From NCBI GenBank assembly GCA_963703225.1, contig OY969801.1, forward strand, positions 1,664,001-1,728,000: a DNA stretch of 64,000 nt. The letters run 5' to 3'. Below are positions 30,541 to 41,061 of the stretch, in pieces. Numbering within the stretch: position 1 is the stretch's first letter; each line of letters starts with the position of its first letter. The DNA comes from Candidatus Eiseniibacteriota bacterium. Its GTDB lineage: Bacteria > Eisenbacteria > RBG-16-71-46 > SZUA-252. The position numbers were made by a program, and so were the translations under genes. Below the pieces are notes generated by a model. It did not search any database and was not told where the DNA came from. It was given only the letters and a program-made list of their open reading frames with translations.

Positions 30541-31439
30541 GCGGCTCCGTTCGCGGAGGGGGCCACCGACCGACCGGTGTGCGACTCCAGCCGCTTCGTC
30601 CACGCTTCCAGCGAGGTACCCAGCTCGCGGAGCGCCTGTTCGGCCTGCTCCAGGCTTGGCGGCACGCCGTGCCACCGGTAGTCGTCCTCCATGTACGAGA
30701 CGCCCTTGCCCATGACGGTCCGCGCGAGGATCACCGAGGGCTTCCCCTTCGTTCGGCGCGCCTCGTCGTAGGCGTGCAGCAGCGCGTGAAGATCGTGCCC
30801 GTCGACGTCGATGACGTGCCAGTTGAAGGCGCGCCACTTGTCGGCGAGGGGGGCGATGCCCATGACGTCCTGGACGTCGCCGTCAATCTGCTTTCGGTTG
30901 TAGTCGATGATCCCGCACAGGTTGTCGAGCTTGTAGTGGGCGCCAAACATCGCCGCTTCCCAGATCTGCCCTTCCTGCTGCTCGCCGTCGCCCATCACGC
31001 AATAGACCCGCCGGGGATTGCCGTCGTGGCGGGATCCGAGGGCCATGCCGCACGAGACCGAGAGGCCCTGCCCCAAGGACCCCGACGAGACCTCGATCCC
31101 GGGCGTGTCGTGCTTGCTCGGATGCCCCTGCAGGTGTCCTTTCATCTGGCGAAACCCGAGGAGATCGGCGAGTGGAAAGTAGCCGCGCTCGGCCATCAGG
31201 GAGTAGATCACCGGCGTGACGTGCCCGATCGAGAAGTGCCAGAGGTCCCGCTGGGGGTCGTCGAGCCTCTCCGGATCAACGCTCATCTCGTGGAAGAAAA
31301 GCGCCGTGCCGAAATCGGTCGACGAGAGCGGTCCGCCGCTGTGCCCGCTCTGGGACCGGGCGAGGAGCGCGATGATGTCCCGCCGGATAAAAAGCGCCCG
31401 CTCGCGCAGCTCTTCGAGGCTGAATTGAAGGCGTGGCAC
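30537..31439 (-). CDS. Transketolase, N-terminal subunit
   Basis: SGHSGG, LQGHP, SGSLGQGLS, GDGEQQEGQIWEA TPP-binding motif. Confidence 0.93.
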   Translation of the reverse strand: MPRLQFSLEELRERALFIRRDIIALLARSQSGHSGGPLSSTDFGTALFFHEMSVDPERLDDPQRDLWHFSIGHVTPVIYSLMAERGYFPLADLLGFRQMKGHLQGHPSKHDTPGIEVSSGSLGQGLSVSCGMALGSRHDGNPRRVYCVMGDGEQQEGQIWEAAMFGAHYKLDNLCGIIDYNRKQIDGDVQDVMGIAPLADKWRAFNWHVIDVDGHDLHALLHAYDEARRTKGKPSVILARTVMGKGVSYMEDDYRWHGVPPSLEQAEQALRELGTSLEAWTKRLESHTGRSVAPSANGAA

Positions 31440-31524
31440 CCGTAACCCTCCGAGGATCCCCGCGTCGATGGCCAGCCGATTGACGCTACCGAATCGTCCG
31501 CGAGCCGCGCAAGGGAAATCCCGG

Positions 31525-32496
31525 TCAGGCGTTCACGTAGCGGCGATGTTCCGGATCGGGGATCGCGCCGGACCGCAGCGCCGCGGCAACCTCTGCGATG
31601 CCGTCCCCCACCCGCTTCGTGGCGCGAAACCCCCACAGCTTCTCGATCCGGTCGAACGAGACGCGATAGGTGCGGGGATCCGTCGCCTCCGGCACGATCG
31701 TCACGACGACGCCCGGGATTCGCGCCTCCAGCTCTTCCTTGAGGTCGCGCAGCTGGTAGTTCTCGAGATTGTCCCCGACGTTGAGAATCGGCATCCCCGG
31801 GGGCAGCGGCTCCGATGTCGCCAAGATGAGCGCTCCCACGATGTCCCGAACATGGACGAAGGGCCGCCACTGCCCCCCTCCGAAGATCGAGACCTGACCC
31901 GTGCGGACCGCGCGAAGCGTCAAGAGATTTACGACGAGATCGAAGCGCATTCGCGGCGAAAGACCGTAGACCGTGCCGAACCGGAGCAAGATCGGATGAA
32001 ATCCATCCCGCCCCACCATCTCCAAGAGCCCCTGCTCGGCGTGCCAGCGCGTCTCCGCGTAGAGCGAGAGTGGACGGACCGGCGACTCCTCGGTCAGAAC
32101 CTCCTCGCGACCCTCGCCGTAGACGCTGCAGGTGGAGGCAAAGACGAATCGGTCGACGCCCCTGGCGGCGGCGCTCCGGGCGAGCGCGACGGTGGCGGTC
32201 CAGTTGGTCTGGACCGCCAGGTCCTCGTCCTGCGCGCAGGCCTTGTCCCCCACGATCGCTGCGAGGTGGATCACCGTGCGCACCCCTTCGAGCGCGTCCG
32301 CGTGCGTGCGGGGGTCGCGAAGATCCCGCTGAAGAACTTCCACGTTTCCCTCCGGGTCCAGCCCGGCGAGGCCGTGATCGCCATGGAGCATCCGATCCAC
32401 AATCCGCACCCGCTCGCCTTGATCGAGGAGCGCGCGGACGAGGATGGAGCCGATGTAGCCAGCCCCGCCCGTGACGAGGATCGGTCCCTGGCTCAT
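31525..32496 (-). CDS. NAD-dependent epimerase/dehydratase
   Basis: VTGGAGYIG, HLAAIVGD, ASTCSVYG, LRFGTVYGLSPRMRFDLVVN; the catalytic YxxxK reads YAETR. Confidence 0.9.
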   Translation of the reverse strand: MSQGPILVTGGAGYIGSILVRALLDQGERVRIVDRMLHGDHGLAGLDPEGNVEVLQRDLRDPRTHADALEGVRTVIHLAAIVGDKACAQDEDLAVQTNWTATVALARSAAARGVDRFVFASTCSVYGEGREEVLTEESPVRPLSLYAETRWHAEQGLLEMVGRDGFHPILLRFGTVYGLSPRMRFDLVVNLLTLRAVRTGQVSIFGGGQWRPFVHVRDIVGALILATSEPLPPGMPILNVGDNLENYQLRDLKEELEARIPGVVVTIVPEATDPRTYRVSFDRIEKLWGFRATKRVGDGIAEVAAALRSGAIPDPEHRRYVNA

Positions 32497-33320
32497 CGCC
32501 GCACCAACCAGTGGAGATGATGGTCGGCCGCGGCGCGCGACAGGGGGCCCACCGGTCGCAACGCCCGGTCCCAGGCCGCGGCCACCTCGAAAAATTTCCC
32601 CAGACGAGGATCTCGACGCGCAGCGCCCGGAAGGGAGCGCGCCGCGTGGCGTTGGAGCGAGTAGAAGAGATTCGAGCCCAGCACCTCATCCTCGAAATCG
32701 TCCGACGCCTGGGCCAGAACCGCCGGCTCCGAAACCACGGCGCAGTAGTAGCCGCTCTCGCGCTGCAGCCCGTCCCGGTAGGGATTGTCGAGAGGATCCT
32801 TCAAGAACAGGCTCTCCGGATTGTTCAAGACGAGGGCCAGGATCCCGCCCGGTCGAAGCACCCGGGCCACTTCACGAAGCGTCGCCTCCTGTCCCGCTCG
32901 GGGCAGGTGCTCGAGCAGCCCCAGGCACAGCACGAGCGACAGCCGGCCGGACGAAAGCGGAAGGCGGTCGCTCCGAACGCGGACCGGCGATGCGTTCACG
33001 ACCCCCGATCGAGCGACGTTTCGCTTCAGGCGCGCGAGCATTCCCGGCGCGAAGTCGGCGCAGACGAGATGTCGAAGGCGAGGCGCCACCCGGACCGACA
33101 CGCGGCCGACGCCAGCTCCCAGGTCGAGTCCTCGCTCGTCCAGGTGGCGTTCGCCGAGGGCGTCCAGCACCAGACCTGTCTCCCAGGCATCGTACGCCTG
33201 GTTGACAAATCCTGGCTCGCCCAGGCTCAAGACGGCAGCCAGCTCGTCGCCCGCGTCGTGCCTTGCCCCGCTCCAGTAACGGGCCGCCAGCGCGGGATCG
33301 TACCCTCCGGATCCAGTCAC
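32493..33320 (-). CDS. Class I SAM-dependent methyltransferase
   Basis: LDLGAGVGR, DFAPGML, REVARVLRPGG; start uncertain. Confidence 0.85.
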   Translation of the reverse strand: MTGSGGYDPALAARYWSGARHDAGDELAAVLSLGEPGFVNQAYDAWETGLVLDALGERHLDERGLDLGAGVGRVSVRVAPRLRHLVCADFAPGMLARLKRNVARSGVVNASPVRVRSDRLPLSSGRLSLVLCLGLLEHLPRAGQEATLREVARVLRPGGILALVLNNPESLFLKDPLDNPYRDGLQRESGYYCAVVSEPAVLAQASDDFEDEVLGSNLFYSLQRHAARSLPGAARRDPRLGKFFEVAAAWDRALRPVGPLSRAAADHHLHWLVRR

Positions 33321-33341
33321 CCTGTCATGCCCCGACGCCTC

Positions 33342-33370
33342 TGGACGACCGCGTCCGCCCTCCGTACAAT
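33342..33370 (+). promoter_or_regulatory. sigma70-like promoter of the small zinc-finger gene
   Basis: TGGACG-N17-TACAAT. Confidence 0.6.
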
Positions 33371-33439
33371 CACCCCCGCGTGAATCGGCCTGCGCGGCCC
33401 GCGCGCGCGCCACCCAGGATCGAACCCGGAGGTAGCTCG

Positions 33440-33664
33440 ATGCCAGAATCCGCCGAGCTCGTCAGCAATCCCGCTGTCGAGTGCCTGCGCTGCGCCAAGC
33501 TCTTCGGCCCAACGCAAATTCTCCACCTTCGCGAGGATCCGCGGCGCCCCTACGTCCGCTGTCAACACTGCGGGGCCAAGAATGAGGTTCGCGCCGAGGA
33601 TCGCTTCACGATCCGGCTGATCGGGATCATCGACGAGCCTCCCGCCGCGAGAGCGGGCACGTAA
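33440..33664 (+). CDS. Small zinc-ribbon protein (74 aa)
   Basis: GGAGG then ATG; CLRC...CQHC motifs. Confidence 0.75.
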   Translation: MPESAELVSNPAVECLRCAKLFGPTQILHLREDPRRPYVRCQHCGAKNEVRAEDRFTIRLIGIIDEPPAARAGT

Positions 33665-33703
33665 CACCGTCCGAGCGCACGACGCGCCGCGATCGAAGAG
33701 GTT

Positions 33704-33739
33704 AATGAAAGGGTCCCCTCCCCGATGGGAAGAGGACCC
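33704..33739 (-). terminator. Intrinsic terminator after tRNA-Leu
   Basis: GGGTCCTCTTCCC-ATC-GGGGAGGGGACCC followed by TTTCATT; the G-U pairs work only on the minus strand. Confidence 0.75.
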
Positions 33740-33742
33740 ACG

Positions 33743-33828
<86 letters not shown>

Positions 33829-33837
33829 CAGTTCTGA

Positions 33838-34305
33838 TTACTTCGAGCCGCCGCTCCCTTGGGGCGTCGTGCCTCCCTGTGTCGGAGGGGCGGGAGAGGT
33901 CGAGGTCGGAGGATTCGACGGAGGCGGCGTCATGCTTCCAGGGGTCGCGCCACCCGGCGCGGTGCCGGCCGGTCCACCAGGCGTCGTCGAGGACGGCGAG
34001 GCCTGCTCCTCCGCGTGCTTCCGTGCTTCTTCCTGAATCAGGCTTTTCCCCGCGGTACTCACGCGGTGGGACGAGGTGAGCCCCAGGGTCAGCGATGTGA
34101 GAAAGAAGATGACCGCCAGCGTGGTCGAGGCGCGGGTCAGAAACGTGGCGGCACCCCGCCCGCCGAAGAGGGTCTGACTCGAGCCCTGGCCAAACGCTCC
34201 GGCCAGTCCGCCACCCTTCCCCGATTGGAGCAGGATCGAAACGATGAGCGCCACGCACGAGATGACGTGGATCGAAGAGATAGCGGCCGCCATTAGGCCC
34301 GACAT
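33838..34305 (-). CDS. secG: Preprotein translocase subunit SecG with a Pro/Ser/Thr-rich tail
   Basis: ILLQSGKGGGLAGAFG...FGGRGAATFLTR; tpiA-secG-tRNA-Leu synteny. Confidence 0.95.
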   Translation of the reverse strand: MSGLMAAAISSIHVISCVALIVSILLQSGKGGGLAGAFGQGSSQTLFGGRGAATFLTRASTTLAVIFFLTSLTLGLTSSHRVSTAGKSLIQEEARKHAEEQASPSSTTPGGPAGTAPGGATPGSMTPPPSNPPTSTSPAPPTQGGTTPQGSGGSK

Positions 34306-34348
34306 TCGCTTGCCTCCGTTGGGTCAATCCGGGACGAACCAGTCAACG

Positions 34349-34378
34349 ACCATACCACGCGGGCTCACGAGGGGTCAA
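34349..34378 (-). promoter_or_regulatory. sigma70-like promoter of secG/tRNA-Leu
   Basis: TTGACC-N18-TATGGT with an extended TG; the -35 overlaps the tpiA TGA. Confidence 0.6.
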
Positions 34379-35166
34379 TGCGGGGCCTGCGGCGGTGCTC
34401 CACCGCTCTGGGCCGCCGCGGTCCCCAGCGCGCCCGCGATCGCCGCAAACGCGGGGGCGTCGAGCGAGGCCCCTCCAACGAGGAATCCGTCGACCTCTCG
34501 CAGCCCCGCGAGCGATGCCGCGCTCTTCGGATCCACGCTGCCGCCGTAGAGAACAGGAATATCGGCGCCGTCGCCGACCCTCCCGAGCGCGCGGAGCACC
34601 TCGCGCACCCACGCATGCGCCTCCGCGACCTGTTCCGGCGTCGCCACGATGCCCGTGCCGATCGCCCAGACCGGCTCATAGGCGACCAAGAGCGGCGCTC
34701 GGGCTGGAGCGCCCTCGAGTGCGCGGGAGAGCTGTCTCGAGAGGACATCCCGGGTCTCGAGACGCTCCCGTTCCGACAGCGTCTCGCCGATGCAGAGGAG
34801 CGGCTTGAGCCCGGCCCTCCAGGCGGCCCCGAGCTTGGCCCTTGCGATGAGATCGTTCTCGCAGAAGAGGCGGCGCCGCTCCGAGTGGCCGACGAGCACG
34901 TAGTCCGCGCCGGCGTCCCGAATTTGCTCGGCGGAAACCTCTCCGGTGAAGGCTCCTCGGGGCTCCGTGTAGCAGTTCTGGGCCCCCAGCGCCGGATCCC
35001 CCGGCTTTCGGGCCGCCGCGAGCGGGGCGAGTGCGGTAAACGGCGGAAATACGATTGGCACCACCTCCGGATGGAGCCCGCGCGTGCTTGCGACGGCACC
35101 GTAGAGCGTCCTGGCTTCCGCCAATCCGAGATTCATCTTCCAGTTGGCGGCCAGGATCCGGCTCAT
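34375..35166 (-). CDS. tpiA: Triosephosphate isomerase
   Basis: ANWKMN, GHSERR, AYEPVWAIGTG, YGGSV, VGGASL. Confidence 0.97.
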   Translation of the reverse strand: MSRILAANWKMNLGLAEARTLYGAVASTRGLHPEVVPIVFPPFTALAPLAAARKPGDPALGAQNCYTEPRGAFTGEVSAEQIRDAGADYVLVGHSERRRLFCENDLIARAKLGAAWRAGLKPLLCIGETLSERERLETRDVLSRQLSRALEGAPARAPLLVAYEPVWAIGTGIVATPEQVAEAHAWVREVLRALGRVGDGADIPVLYGGSVDPKSAASLAGLREVDGFLVGGASLDAPAFAAIAGALGTAAAQSGGAPPQAPH

Positions 35167-36374
35167 CGCGCCCCGGTCTTGGCGGAGGATTCGAGCGCGG
35201 CCACGCCCGGGAGGGTCTTCCCTTCGAGGAACTCGAGCGAGGCGCCCCCGCCCGTCGAGCAGTGACTGATCTGGGTTTCCACGCCCGCCCGGTTGACCGC
35301 CGCGAGGGAGTCCCCTCCACCGACCACGGTGAACGCTCCGCGCTTGGTCGCCTTCGCGACCTCGCGTGCCACCCCGAGGGTCCCCTCGGCGTAGGCGTCC
35401 ACCTCGAACACGCCCATCGGTCCATTCCAGAAGATCGTGCGGGCGTCGGAGAGCGCCTCCGCGATCGCTGCGATCGAGGCGGGCCCGATGTCGACCCCCA
35501 TGCGATCCGCGGGAATGCCGGAGACGGGCACCACCCGGCCAGGATCGCGGCCCGAGATGTCTTCGGTGACGAGGCAGTCGACGGGGAGCAAGATCTTCGC
35601 GGCGAGAGTGGGATCGGAGAGAAGCTCCTTCGCCGTCGCGATCCGATCCTCTTCGACGAGCGAGCGCCCGGTGGAGATCCCCTGAGACTTCAGGAAAGTG
35701 AACATCATTCCGCCCCCGATCACGGCGCGATCCACGCGCGGAAGGAGGTTTTGGAGCACGTCGATCTTCCCAGAGATCTTCGCCCCGCCAAGGACCGCGA
35801 TGTAGGGACGGCCCGGATCGGCGAGGAGGCGCCCCAGCGCCTGAAGCTCCCGCTCCATCAGAAAGCCCGCCGCGGTCTCCTGCACGTAGGCCGTGATCCC
35901 TTCGGTGGAGGCGTGGGCCCGGTGGGCGGCGCCGAACGCATCGTCGACATAGGCGTCGGCCAACGCGGCGAGAGCCCTGCTGAATTCCGGATCGTTCGCC
36001 TCCTCTCGGGGATCGAAACGAAGGTTTTCCAAAAGGAGCACGCCACCGTCGGCAAGCCGGCTCGAGGCAGCTTCGGCCGCGGGGCCGACGATCGACTCGG
36101 CAAATTCCACCGGCTGGCGGAGATATTTGCTGAGGAGATCTCGCACGGGACCAAGGCTCTGCTTGGGGTCGCGCTTTCCCTTGGGCCGCCCCAGGTGCGA
36201 GGCGACGACGAGCCGGGCCCCTTTGTCGATCAGATACCGGAGCGTCGGCAGCGACGCGACGATCCGGGTATCGTCGGAGACCTTTCCGTCCGCGCTGAGG
36301 GGAACGTTGAAATCGACGCGGACGAAGACCCGTCTCCCGGCCGCATCGAGCTCGTTCAAGCGGCGGAAGCGCAT
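35163..36374 (-). CDS. pgk: Phosphoglycerate kinase
   Basis: RVDFNVP, SHLGRPKG, LLENLRF, WNGPMGVFE, STGGGASLE. Confidence 0.98.
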   Translation of the reverse strand: MRFRRLNELDAAGRRVFVRVDFNVPLSADGKVSDDTRIVASLPTLRYLIDKGARLVVASHLGRPKGKRDPKQSLGPVRDLLSKYLRQPVEFAESIVGPAAEAASSRLADGGVLLLENLRFDPREEANDPEFSRALAALADAYVDDAFGAAHRAHASTEGITAYVQETAAGFLMERELQALGRLLADPGRPYIAVLGGAKISGKIDVLQNLLPRVDRAVIGGGMMFTFLKSQGISTGRSLVEEDRIATAKELLSDPTLAAKILLPVDCLVTEDISGRDPGRVVPVSGIPADRMGVDIGPASIAAIAEALSDARTIFWNGPMGVFEVDAYAEGTLGVAREVAKATKRGAFTVVGGGDSLAAVNRAGVETQISHCSTGGGASLEFLEGKTLPGVAALESSAKTGAR

Positions 36375-36383
36375 CGACCCCGC

Positions 36384-37394
<1,011 letters not shown>

Positions 37395-38432
37395 CTAGCT
37401 GAAGAATACCCGAGCCATCGCATAAAGCTCCGGCCCGACCGTCTTGAGCGTTCCGATGGCTTCCGAGATCGCCACGTCGACGATCTCGGTCCCCCGAACC
37501 GCCACCATGCGTCCGAACCGTTTCCGCTCAATGAGATCGACGGCCGCGACGCCGAACCGGGATCCGAGCACCCGGTCGAACGCGGTCGGAGAGCCGCCCC
37601 GCTGGATGTGCCCCAGCACGCTGTATCGCGTTTCGTACCCCGTCCGTTCTTCGATGCTCACCGCGAGCGAGGCTCCGATCCCGCCCAGCCGCACGTGACC
37701 GAAGGCATCCCGCTTCTCCGTCTGCACATAGAGGGGCTGCCCCTTCTCGTCCGCGAGCCGCGCCCCCTCCGCCACCACGATGATGCTGAAGTTCTTCCCG
37801 CGATCGTGTCGACGCTGGATCGCCTCGCAGATCTCGTGGAACGCCACGGGATACTCGGGGATCACGATCACATCGGCGCCGCCCGCGATGCCCGAGTCGA
37901 GCGCGATCCAGCCGGCGTGGCGGCCCATCACCTCGACGACCATGACCCGATCGTGGGACTCGGCCGTGGTGTGCAGGCGGTCGATCGCCTCGGTCGCGAT
38001 GGTGAGCGCGGTGTCGAAGCCAAAGGTGTAGTCAGTGCCGTTGACGTCGTTGTCGATTGTCTTCGGCACGCCCACCACGGCGACGCCGGCCGTGTGGAGC
38101 TTGACCGCGGTGCCGAGCGTATCCTCGCCGCCGATGACCACCAAGGCGTCGATGGACTGACGCGAGAGCGTCGCGCGGATCCGGGCCTCGCCGTCCTGCT
38201 CCTTATACGGGTTGGTCCGGGAAGTGCCGAGAATGGTACCGCCTCTGGGAAGAATTCCCGAAACCGAGGCGAGATCGAGCGGCTCGACCTCTTCCAACAG
38301 AAGCCCCCGCCACCCATGACGGATGCCGGACACGGACCATCCATAGCCCTTGATCGCCTTCTGGACGACCGCGCGAATGACCGCGTTGAGCCCCGGGCAG
38401 TCCCCGCCGCCGGTCAGGACGCCAATCCGCAT
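37395..38432 (-). CDS. pfkA: 6-phosphofructokinase (group III type, possibly PPi-dependent)
   Basis: TGGGDCPGLN, GGTILGTSR, GGEDT, PKTIDND, EVMGRHAG, LGHIQRGG. Confidence 0.95.
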   Translation of the reverse strand: MRIGVLTGGGDCPGLNAVIRAVVQKAIKGYGWSVSGIRHGWRGLLLEEVEPLDLASVSGILPRGGTILGTSRTNPYKEQDGEARIRATLSRQSIDALVVIGGEDTLGTAVKLHTAGVAVVGVPKTIDNDVNGTDYTFGFDTALTIATEAIDRLHTTAESHDRVMVVEVMGRHAGWIALDSGIAGGADVIVIPEYPVAFHEICEAIQRRHDRGKNFSIIVVAEGARLADEKGQPLYVQTEKRDAFGHVRLGGIGASLAVSIEERTGYETRYSVLGHIQRGGSPTAFDRVLGSRFGVAAVDLIERKRFGRMVAVRGTEIVDVAISEAIGTLKTVGPELYAMARVFFS

Positions 38433-38486
38433 TGGTGCGACGCTCCCCACACTAAGTAGCGTATTTACAGATAGATAGAGCCGGAG

Positions 38487-38515
38487 AGTCTACGGGCGGC
38501 TGAGATGGAAGTCAA
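38487..38515 (-). promoter_or_regulatory. sigma70-like promoter of pfk-gap-pgk-tpiA
   Basis: TTGACT-N17-TAGACT. Confidence 0.7.
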
Positions 38516-38556
38516 GGCCCGGTTTGTTCGCGGGATCATCCACTGGCCGCCTGGCG

Positions 38557-40056
38557 TCAGTGGATGCCGCTCGTCGAGGAGTACTTGAGGGTGTACTCGC
38601 CGTATCCCTGCTCGTCGACAAACACGAACTGGAGCCCGGAGGTCCGCGCATTCGCCGCGAATCGGTGGACCAGCTCGTGTCCGCGCGTGTCGTAGGTCCA
38701 GATTTCGTAGGCGCGCTGGTCCGCCACACCCGACTGGGTGTCGGTGAGTTTCTCTCGAGACGACTCCGGGACTTTGTCGTTGAGCGCGTAGCCGAGGGTC
38801 TTGCCCGCGACGGGCACCCGTTCAATCTTCACTTCGTCGGGCTCGCCGTAGCGGATATAGACGCGGCCTCGATCGCTGAACATCCCTCTCTCGAAGACCG
38901 AGTAGCGGACGTTCGAGTAGTCGACCCGCCGTCGGAACTCGTCACGGCTCTCGTTGTCGCCGGTGTCGGGCGTCGGATCGGCATCGCGCCACAGGCGTTC
39001 CACCCAGCGCTCCTTCTCCCCCATCGGAAGATCGCGAAACGTCAGGACCGAATCGGCAGGGAGCAGAGCCACCGCGGTCGCCTCGTACAAGTCGACGGCG
39101 TCGGCCCCCCACGAATCAACGTCCCAGAGCACATCGAAGCCGTCCTGGCTCTCGGCCACCCTCTTGCCATGCTCATCCAAAAGCGTCAGAACCAACTGAT
39201 ACCGCCCAGCCGGAAACGAGGTCGCGTCGATGGCGAGAGCGTACGGCCACGCGGTCCCCTCCGTCACCCGCAGGGAGTCGAGGCTCGCGAAGATCGTGTC
39301 CCCGGCCGCATTCGAGACGCGGCTCGCGACCAGGTATCGCGTTCCTTCCGGCGGGGGCGGCGCGTCGTAAATTTCGTAGTAGACGGACACGGCGTCCTGA
39401 AAGTGGCCAAAGTAGCCGCTCGGTTGGGGCTTCACGTCGTAGGGGCCCTTCCGGAAGGGACTCCCCTCCGCGGCCCCGCCGATCTCCCAGGCGAATTCCA
39501 GCCCGCTCAGCGCCGGGTTCTGAAAGAGCCAATCCCGCATGTCGATTGCCCCTTCCACCTGTCCCTGCTTCTTCTGGTTCTTCATCTTGTAGACGAGGCC
39601 CATGCGGTCGACGTTCATGTCCTCGATCAGGACCCGGAAGGTGTACCGGCCCGGGGGAGCCGTGAGGCCCACCGAATAGATCTCGCCGAGGAGCGAGTCG
39701 ACCGTGGCCGAGTGGTCCGTACTCTGGAGAATGGCCTCGCGCTGAAGATATCCGGCCCTCTTGGAGTCGGCGTTCCACATCTCGACGGTGATCCGAAGCT
39801 TGGCGCTGTACCGGTCCTCCTCCGGGACAAACCGGACTTCACGGTAGGGTACGCGGATTGAGAATTCGGCGCGCGCCTCTTTGGGGCTGTGGCGGTAGGC
39901 GACCGCGCGCGCGTGAAACCGGATGTCGCCCGTGGAGGTGGCGAGATCCCCCTCGTAGGACTGCTTCGCGGCGGCGGCGCCAGTCCAGACGGCCACGAGA
40001 AGGCACGCGCTGAGAAGCGCCGCGGGCGGCCAGGAGGCGAGACGAGGGCGCCTCAC
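38557..40056 (-). CDS. GWxTD-domain protein (exported)
   Basis: Signal peptide; WRDADPTPDTGDNESRDEFRRRVDYSN...GMFSDRGRVYIRYGEPDE...YEIWTY...FVFVDEQGYGEY. Confidence 0.85.
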   Translation of the reverse strand: MRRPRLASWPPAALLSACLLVAVWTGAAAAKQSYEGDLATSTGDIRFHARAVAYRHSPKEARAEFSIRVPYREVRFVPEEDRYSAKLRITVEMWNADSKRAGYLQREAILQSTDHSATVDSLLGEIYSVGLTAPPGRYTFRVLIEDMNVDRMGLVYKMKNQKKQGQVEGAIDMRDWLFQNPALSGLEFAWEIGGAAEGSPFRKGPYDVKPQPSGYFGHFQDAVSVYYEIYDAPPPPEGTRYLVASRVSNAAGDTIFASLDSLRVTEGTAWPYALAIDATSFPAGRYQLVLTLLDEHGKRVAESQDGFDVLWDVDSWGADAVDLYEATAVALLPADSVLTFRDLPMGEKERWVERLWRDADPTPDTGDNESRDEFRRRVDYSNVRYSVFERGMFSDRGRVYIRYGEPDEVKIERVPVAGKTLGYALNDKVPESSREKLTDTQSGVADQRAYEIWTYDTRGHELVHRFAANARTSGLQFVFVDEQGYGEYTLKYSSTSGIH

Positions 40057-40072
40057 GGCGCGCCTCCTCGCG

Positions 40073-41011
40073 CTAGAAGCTCACGTTGATCGAGACGTGA
40101 TGAGCGTCTGAGAGGAACTTCAGATCCTGGTATGCGTAGTCCAGTCTCGCCACGGACGATTTGATGACCGTCAGCGGGAACTTCACCCCAAAGCCGGCGG
40201 TGAGCCCTTCGGTGTCGTAGTTCAGTTTGTACCCGCCCCGGATGAACAGGTAGTCGTGGAACCCGTACTCGGCGCCCATGTTCAGCTTCTCCGAGTTGTC
40301 GGGTGGATGCGTGAACTCGGCCGCGGTGATCAGCCGATTCTCCCCCTGCTGCATGAGCAGCGCCGAACCGCCGACCCGGAAGAAGACCGGCATCTTGACC
40401 TGCTCGTCGATGAACGTCATGTCGCTCCCGACGTTCTGGATCGCCATCCCGATCTTGGCTCCCATGACGCCGATTTCGTAGAGGGTCCCAAAATCGAACG
40501 TCACGGACTTCCCTTTGACATCGTCCAGGCCCGTCTGGACGTAGTTGACGTTGAACCCCGCCGAAAACTTATCGGTCAGCGCGCGCGCGTAGGAGAGGCC
40601 GTAGGTCCATTCGCCCGCGTCGAACGTCTCGCCGGTTCCCTCGGGCAGGTATGTGGTTCGTACGATGTCCCGGCTCATGGTGAGCGCTCGGACGTTGACG
40701 CCGAGCATCCCAGGGATCCACTTGATGTTGAAGACGTACCCGGCCTGATCGAACAGGATATCCGCGGGCCACGCCGTGTGATTGAGCGTGATCGACTGTC
40801 CGGAAAGTCGGGCGATTCCCGCCGGGTTCCAGTAGACGGCGGTGGCGTCATCGGCGATCGCGACATACGTGTCGCCCATGGCATTCGCGCGGGCGCCGAC
40901 GCCCATCTTCAGCGACTGTCCCCCCAGCGTACCCACCTTCTCGAAGATTTCAGCCCCCTCCGCCGCCAGCGGCAGCATCAGGCAGACGGCGAACAGGATC
41001 GCGATTCTCAC
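40073..41011 (-). CDS. PorV/PorQ-like (UPF0164, FadL superfamily) outer-membrane beta-barrel
   Basis: LKMGVGARANAMGDTYVAIADDATAVYWNPAGIA, terminal Phe; GTG start with GAGGAGG. Confidence 0.85.
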   Translation of the reverse strand: MRIAILFAVCLMLPLAAEGAEIFEKVGTLGGQSLKMGVGARANAMGDTYVAIADDATAVYWNPAGIARLSGQSITLNHTAWPADILFDQAGYVFNIKWIPGMLGVNVRALTMSRDIVRTTYLPEGTGETFDAGEWTYGLSYARALTDKFSAGFNVNYVQTGLDDVKGKSVTFDFGTLYEIGVMGAKIGMAIQNVGSDMTFIDEQVKMPVFFRVGGSALLMQQGENRLITAAEFTHPPDNSEKLNMGAEYGFHDYLFIRGGYKLNYDTEGLTAGFGVKFPLTVIKSSVARLDYAYQDLKFLSDAHHVSINVSF

Positions 41012-41061
41012 GAATTTCCTCCTCGGTTTGCCCACGGACCGGTGGGACGCTCCGGCCGGTC

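Noticed and set aside
29219..33742. Genomic island integrated at tRNA-Leu
   Set aside because: No integrase, no duplicated tRNA 3' end seen, and no obvious compositional shift.
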